The notes beneath the pieces are model-generated. The model saw only the letters and a list, made by a program, of their open reading frames with translations, did no database searches and had not been told where the DNA came from. Of a DNA stretch of 24,000 nucleotides, positions 17,436-24,000 are shown in pieces; the stretch's first letter is position 1; every line of letters starts with the position of its first letter. Position numbers and translations under genes: made by a program. The stretch comes from Candidatus Gallilactobacillus intestinavium (GTDB lineage Bacteria > Bacillota > Bacilli > Lactobacillales > Lactobacillaceae): positions 1 through 24,000 of the forward strand of contig JADIMP010000066.1 in NCBI GenBank assembly GCA_017694665.1, in the 5' to 3' direction.

Positions 17436-18221
17436 ATGAAAACACGTGTAATAACTGCAGTTGTAGCATTAGCTATATTTATTCCAATTATTTTGTTAGG
17501 TGGCTTTTGGATTGAATTAGCGGCAATGGTATTGAGTATTATTGCTGTGGGAGAAATTGGTCTAATGAAAAAACGTTTTGCAGTATCATTTGAAATGATG
17601 ATTGCAGCTTTAGGAACTTTAAGTATTGTTGTTTCTTCCAAGTATTTATCGTTTTTACCTAAGAGTTTTAATAATAATGCTTTGTTTTTAACTTTTATGT
17701 TTATTTTGTTAATTTATACAGTTGTAACTCATAATAATTTTTCATTTGATGATGCTGGTATTTTAACTTTAGGTATGATTTATGTTGGTGTGGGTTTTCA
17801 TTATTTAGTACAAGCTAGAAGTGTTGGATTAACAACTTTGTTATATTTGCTTATTATTGTTTGGTCAACAGATTCAGGAGCATATTTAATTGGTAGAAAA
17901 ATTGGTCAACATAAATTTGCTCCACGTCTTAGCCCTAACAAGACATGGGAAGGATCGTTAGGAGGAATTATTGTTGCAGTTATTATTAGTTTAATTTGGA
18001 TACTAATTTTTCCACAAAAATATGGCATTTTTTCAATGTTATTTTTAACTGTAATTTTGAGTATTGGTGATGAGTTAGGCGATTTAATTGAATCCGCCTT
18101 GAAGCGTTTTTATGGAGTAAAAGACTCTGGAAAAATTTTACCTGGACATGGTGGTATTTTGGATCGTTTTGATAGTCTATTATTGGTTTTACCATTAGCA
18201 CATTTATTTGGATTAATTTAA
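17436..18221 (+). CDS. cdsA: Phosphatidate cytidylyltransferase (CDP-diglyceride synthase)
   Basis: SDSGAYLIGRKIGQHKFAPRLSPNKTWEGSLGG and GHGGILDRFDS. I place the start at ATG 17436 (AGGAG 7 nt upstream) rather than the track start at 17418. Confidence 0.9.
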   Translation: MKTRVITAVVALAIFIPIILLGGFWIELAAMVLSIIAVGEIGLMKKRFAVSFEMMIAALGTLSIVVSSKYLSFLPKSFNNNALFLTFMFILLIYTVVTHNNFSFDDAGILTLGMIYVGVGFHYLVQARSVGLTTLLYLLIIVWSTDSGAYLIGRKIGQHKFAPRLSPNKTWEGSLGGIIVAVIISLIWILIFPQKYGIFSMLFLTVILSIGDELGDLIESALKRFYGVKDSGKILPGHGGILDRFDSLLLVLPLAHLFGLI

Positions 18222-18231
18222 GGATTTTTAT

Positions 18232-19488
18232 ATGATTAAAACAATAGTTGCTTTTGTAATAATTTTTGGGATTTTAGTTTTAATACATGAATTCGGACAT
18301 TTTTATTTTGCTAAACGTTCAGGAATTTTAGTTAGAGAATTTTCCATTGGTATGGGTCCTAAACTTTTTTGGATAAGAAAAAATGGGACTTTGTATACTA
18401 TTCGTTTGTTACCATTGGGCGGTTATGTCAGAATGGCCGGTTTTGATGAAGATGATGATGAATTAAGACCTGGGATGCCTATTAGTGTTCAATTAAATGA
18501 TCGAAACGAAATAACTAAAATTAATACTACTAAAGAAAACCGTTTTGACGGAATTCCTTTAATTATCACTGATTTTGATTTATCAACTGATTTATTTATT
18601 AGTGGTTATAAAAATGGTGATGAGGATAATGAAGTTAAATATACTGTTAATCATGATGCAACGATTATAGAAAATGATGGTTCAGAACTTTTAATTGCGC
18701 CTAAAGATGTTCAATTTCAATCAGCTAGTATAGGTTATAGATTAATGACTAATTTTGCTGGTCCAATGAATAATTTTATTTTAGCGTTTATCGTGTTTGC
18801 GATAATTGGTTTTGTAAATGGGGGAACGGTTAGTAATTCTAATCAAATTGCTGGGGTTATTAATAATTCTCCAGCTCAACGAGTTGGTTTAAAGGCCCAT
18901 GATCAAATTGTTGCCATAAATGGTAAACAAACTAAGACCTGGGATAGTTTGACTACACAAATTGCTAAAAATGGACAAAAAGAATTAGACCTAAAAGTTA
19001 AACGTAATAACAAAATAAAATCGATTACCTTAAAGCCAAAAGTGGAACAAGCTAACGGACATAAGAGTGAAGTAATTGGAATTACTCGTGAAGTAAATCA
19101 TAGTTTGTACGCTAAGTTATGTGGAGGATTTGTAAATACTTGTTCTTCTCTATTTAAAGCATTACAACATTTATTTGTACATTTCAGTTTAAACGATTTA
19201 GGAGGACCTGTAGCTATTTATGCTAATACTTCCACAGCAGTTAAATCTGGAATGAATGGAATTTTGTATTGGTTAGCATTTTTATCACTAAATTTGGGAA
19301 TTGTTAATTTAATTCCAATTCCTGGATTAGATGGTGGTAAATTATTATTTAATTTGATTGAGTTAATCACACGTAAACGTATATCTGAAAAAGTAGAAAT
19401 GATTGTTACCTCAATTTTCTTTGTCCTTTTGATGATATTGATGGTATTGGTCACTTGGAATGATATAGTTAGATATTTTTTACACTAA
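18232..19488 (+). CDS. rseP: RIP site-2 zinc metalloprotease (RseP/RasP/Eep family)
   Basis: HEFGHF zinc motif in TM1, a central PDZ-like segment (SPAQRVGLKAHDQIVAINGK), and NLIPIPGLDGG. Confidence 0.9.
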   Translation: MIKTIVAFVIIFGILVLIHEFGHFYFAKRSGILVREFSIGMGPKLFWIRKNGTLYTIRLLPLGGYVRMAGFDEDDDELRPGMPISVQLNDRNEITKINTTKENRFDGIPLIITDFDLSTDLFISGYKNGDEDNEVKYTVNHDATIIENDGSELLIAPKDVQFQSASIGYRLMTNFAGPMNNFILAFIVFAIIGFVNGGTVSNSNQIAGVINNSPAQRVGLKAHDQIVAINGKQTKTWDSLTTQIAKNGQKELDLKVKRNNKIKSITLKPKVEQANGHKSEVIGITREVNHSLYAKLCGGFVNTCSSLFKALQHLFVHFSLNDLGGPVAIYANTSTAVKSGMNGILYWLAFLSLNLGIVNLIPIPGLDGGKLLFNLIELITRKRISEKVEMIVTSIFFVLLMILMVLVTWNDIVRYFLH

Positions 19489-19501
19489 AATTAAGGATTG
19501 A

Positions 19502-21220
<1,719 letters not shown>

Positions 21221-21232
21221 TTGAGGATTTTT

Positions 21233-24000
21233 ATGTCATTAAGTAAGAATGAATTGTTTAAAGTTTTATTAAAGCAACTAGAATTGAATAATTTGGAAAA
21301 TAATGAAAATTTTTCTAATGCTGAAATTGAAAATTTAACTGTACATTCTAAAAGTGGTGCTTGGAATTTTAGTTTTATATTTGATGAAATTTTACCGTTT
21401 AATGATTTTTTATTATTTGTTGATAGATTAAACAATACGTTTGAAAAAATTGCTCAAATAAATTTTGAAATATCGACAAGAAATAATTCTGATTATGTAA
21501 ACAGTAGTTTAATTAACCAATATTGGAATTGGGTCATTGAACATAGTTCTATTAATGAACAATTTATTAGACAGATTTGTAATGATAAAGAATTGCAAAT
21601 TAATAATAACGTTGTCAATATATTATTACCTAATCAAGCAATTGTTGATTTTTTAAATAGCAAAGTTTTGAATGAATTATCATCAATTTATAAAGATTTA
21701 GGATTTCCTAAATTAACCTTAAATCCTATTCTTGATGATAAAAAAGCGGCTGAAAGTTTAGCTAACTTTAATCAGCGACAATCTGATAATGAATCTGATA
21801 TTCAAACAAAAGCAAAAGCTGTTTTAAATTCACAAAAAGAACAATTAGAAGAAATAACTAAAGATAATTATTCTCGTAAGGAATTAATTGATAGTAATGC
21901 AGAAATTACCTTGATGAAAGATATAAATGAACCTGATAATAATATTACAGTAGAAGGATATGTTTTTAGTAAAGATTTACGTGAATTAAGATCGAAAAGC
22001 AAACTATTAACTTTAAAAATTACAGATTATACTTCTTCATTTATTGTTAAAAAATTTATTAATAGTAATGAATTATCTAGGCTAGAACAAATATCTGAAC
22101 ATTCTTGGGTTAAAGTTGCTGGGAGAGTAGAAGAGGATCATTATTTACATGATTTAGTTATTAATGCTAATAAAATAAACACCATTAAGGGATATTCTCG
22201 TAGTGATAATGCAGATAAAAAAAGAATAGAGTTTCATTTGCATACCCAAATGAGTACGATGGATGCGACAAATAATATCAATGATTTTGTTAAACAAGCA
22301 AAAAAATGGGGACATGAAGCCATTGCCGTTACTGATCATGATAATGTACAAGGATTTCCAGATGCTTTTCATGCGGCAGAAAAAGAAAATTTAAAAATGA
22401 TTTATGGAGTAGAAGTTAATCTAGTAGATGATGGAGAACCCTTAGGATTTAATGATCAACATATAAAATTAGAAGATCAAACATATGTTATTTTTGATTT
22501 AGAAACTACAGGATTATCTGCTGTATATGATCGCGTTATTGAATTATCTGCTGTCAAAATGAAAGATGGTAATGTAATTGATAAATTTCAAGAATTTATT
22601 AATCCTGGATTTCCTTTATCTGAACAGACTATTAATTTGACTAGTATTACTGATGAGATGCTTAGTGATGCCAAACCAGAAAAAGACATTTTTCAAATGT
22701 TTAGAGAATGGTATGGAGATGCAATCTTAGTTGGACATAATGTTACATTTGATGTTGGTTTCATGAATGTTGGTTATAAAAGATATGGTTTAGAAACTAT
22801 AACTAATCCAATTATTGATACTTTAACTCTTGCTAGATTTTTATATCCTAATTTAAAAAGCTATCGATTAAATGTGTTATCTAAAAAATTTGGTATTAGT
22901 CTGGAACATCATCATCGTGCCATTTACGATGCTGAATCGACTGGTCATTTAGCTATGGCGTTATTAAAAGAAGCTAAAGCTAATTATAATATTGAATTTC
23001 ATGATCAATTAAATAATCATATGTATGAACATAAAGCGTATAAGCATGTTAGACCTTCTCATGCCATACTGTTAGCTCAAACTTCAAAGGGACTAAAAAA
23101 TCTATTTAAGTTAATTTCTTTATCCAATATTGATTATTTTTATCGCGTTCCTCGTATCCCTAAAAGTGAGTTGAAAAAATATAGAGATGGTATTTTAGTA
23201 GGAACTGCATGTTCTTCTGGAGAAGTTTTTGAAACACTATTACAAAAAGGTTATGATTTAGCCAAAAAAAAGGCTGAATTTTATGATTATATTGAAGTTC
23301 AACCTAAAGAAGTATATCAACCTTTGATAAATAGCAAATTGATTAAAGATGAAAATCAAGTAGAAGAGTTAATTAAAAAATTGATTCAAATTGCTCAAGA
23401 ACAAAATAAATTATTTATTGCAACTGGTGATGTTCATTATTTAGAACCACATGATAATATTTATCGAAAAATTTTAGTTAGCTCTTTATCTGGAATGAAC
23501 CGTGCTAATAATTTACCTGAAGTTTATTTTAGAACAACAGATGAAATGTTAGATAGTTTTTCCTTTTTGGGTGATAGTTTGGCTAAAAAAGTTGTAGTAG
23601 ATAATACTAACGAGTTAGCTAACTTGATTGAAGAAATTCATCCATTAAAAGATAAGCTGTATACACCTAAGATGGATGGAGCAGAAGACGAAATAAGAAT
23701 ACGTACTAATGAAACTGCTCATAAATTATATGGAGAACAATTGCCAGATTTAGTTCAAAAAAGAATTGATCGTGAATTAAAATCAATTATTGGTAATGGT
23801 TTTTCAGTTATTTATTTAATTGCTCAAAGATTAGTACATAAATCAAATAAAGATGGATATTTAGTAGGATCTAGAGGTTCTGTTGGTTCTTCTTTGGTTG
23901 CAACTTTAATTGGAATAACAGAAGTAAATCCATTACCTCCTCATTATTTATGTCCTAATTGTCAATATAGTGAATTCTATACACATGGTGAGTATGGATC
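21233..24000 (+). CDS. polC: DNA polymerase III PolC-type, N-terminal ~922 codons (3' end beyond the window)
   Basis: An open frame runs from ATG 21233 (GAGGA SD sequence) to the window end. It is not in the ORF track because no stop codon is reached. Motifs include the PHP motif HLHTQMSTMDA, DEDDh exonuclease motifs VIFDLETTGLS and HHRAIYDAESTG, and the zinc finger CPNCQYSEF at the very end. Confidence 0.95.
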   Translation, partial: MSLSKNELFKVLLKQLELNNLENNENFSNAEIENLTVHSKSGAWNFSFIFDEILPFNDFLLFVDRLNNTFEKIAQINFEISTRNNSDYVNSSLINQYWNWVIEHSSINEQFIRQICNDKELQINNNVVNILLPNQAIVDFLNSKVLNELSSIYKDLGFPKLTLNPILDDKKAAESLANFNQRQSDNESDIQTKAKAVLNSQKEQLEEITKDNYSRKELIDSNAEITLMKDINEPDNNITVEGYVFSKDLRELRSKSKLLTLKITDYTSSFIVKKFINSNELSRLEQISEHSWVKVAGRVEEDHYLHDLVINANKINTIKGYSRSDNADKKRIEFHLHTQMSTMDATNNINDFVKQAKKWGHEAIAVTDHDNVQGFPDAFHAAEKENLKMIYGVEVNLVDDGEPLGFNDQHIKLEDQTYVIFDLETTGLSAVYDRVIELSAVKMKDGNVIDKFQEFINPGFPLSEQTINLTSITDEMLSDAKPEKDIFQMFREWYGDAILVGHNVTFDVGFMNVGYKRYGLETITNPIIDTLTLARFLYPNLKSYRLNVLSKKFGISLEHHHRAIYDAESTGHLAMALLKEAKANYNIEFHDQLNNHMYEHKAYKHVRPSHAILLAQTSKGLKNLFKLISLSNIDYFYRVPRIPKSELKKYRDGILVGTACSSGEVFETLLQKGYDLAKKKAEFYDYIEVQPKEVYQPLINSKLIKDENQVEELIKKLIQIAQEQNKLFIATGDVHYLEPHDNIYRKILVSSLSGMNRANNLPEVYFRTTDEMLDSFSFLGDSLAKKVVVDNTNELANLIEEIHPLKDKLYTPKMDGAEDEIRIRTNETAHKLYGEQLPDLVQKRIDRELKSIIGNGFSVIYLIAQRLVHKSNKDGYLVGSRGSVGSSLVATLIGITEVNPLPPHYLCPNCQYSEFYTHGEYG

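Noticed and set aside
17408-18201. Minus-strand ORFs 17408..17641 and 17986..18201
   Set aside because: They are antisense shadows within cdsA, with no ribosome-binding sites and no recognisable domains.
19218-19454. 78-aa minus-strand ORF
   Set aside because: It is antisense to the conserved C-terminal region of rseP and is an artefact.

Overview
This is an AT-rich chromosomal segment (roughly 30% GC by eye) whose gene content and order fit a Lactobacillales/Lactobacillaceae genome. From about 10.2 kb onward it carries the conserved Firmicutes housekeeping block rpsB-tsf / pyrH-frr / uppS-cdsA-rseP-proS-polC. There is no dxr between cdsA and rseP, as expected for lactic acid bacteria. polC runs off the window end, so it is absent from the supplied ORF track; only spurious antisense ORFs are listed there. 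The left 10 kb is a mix of envelope, salvage and transport genes: a family-3 membrane acyltransferase overlapping a large polytopic membrane protein gene, a nucleoside 2-deoxyribosyltransferase, YnzC-like and YneF-like small proteins, plsC, a PqqD-like small protein coupled to an OPT oligopeptide transporter, a YabB-type methyltransferase with a GIY-YIG protein, and a DHA2 MFS efflux pump. I see no tRNA, rRNA, CRISPR array, IS element or recognisable defence system. Four observations deserve follow-up. (1) The conserved frr-uppS junction is interrupted by a 3.4 kb insert of two convergent genes for large polytopic, GT-C-like membrane proteins. (2) A paralog of one of these lies at 1139-2941 and is split by a single in-frame TAA. 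(3) A PqqD/RRE-like peptide-binding protein sits 1 nt downstream of the OPT peptide transporter. (4) A GC-richer, frameshifted relic of a ribbon-helix-helix antitoxin lies in the yazA-MFS spacer. Functional calls for the membrane proteins rest on motif recognition and topology only and need HMM or structure searches. I cannot show that any of this is a genuinely new system.
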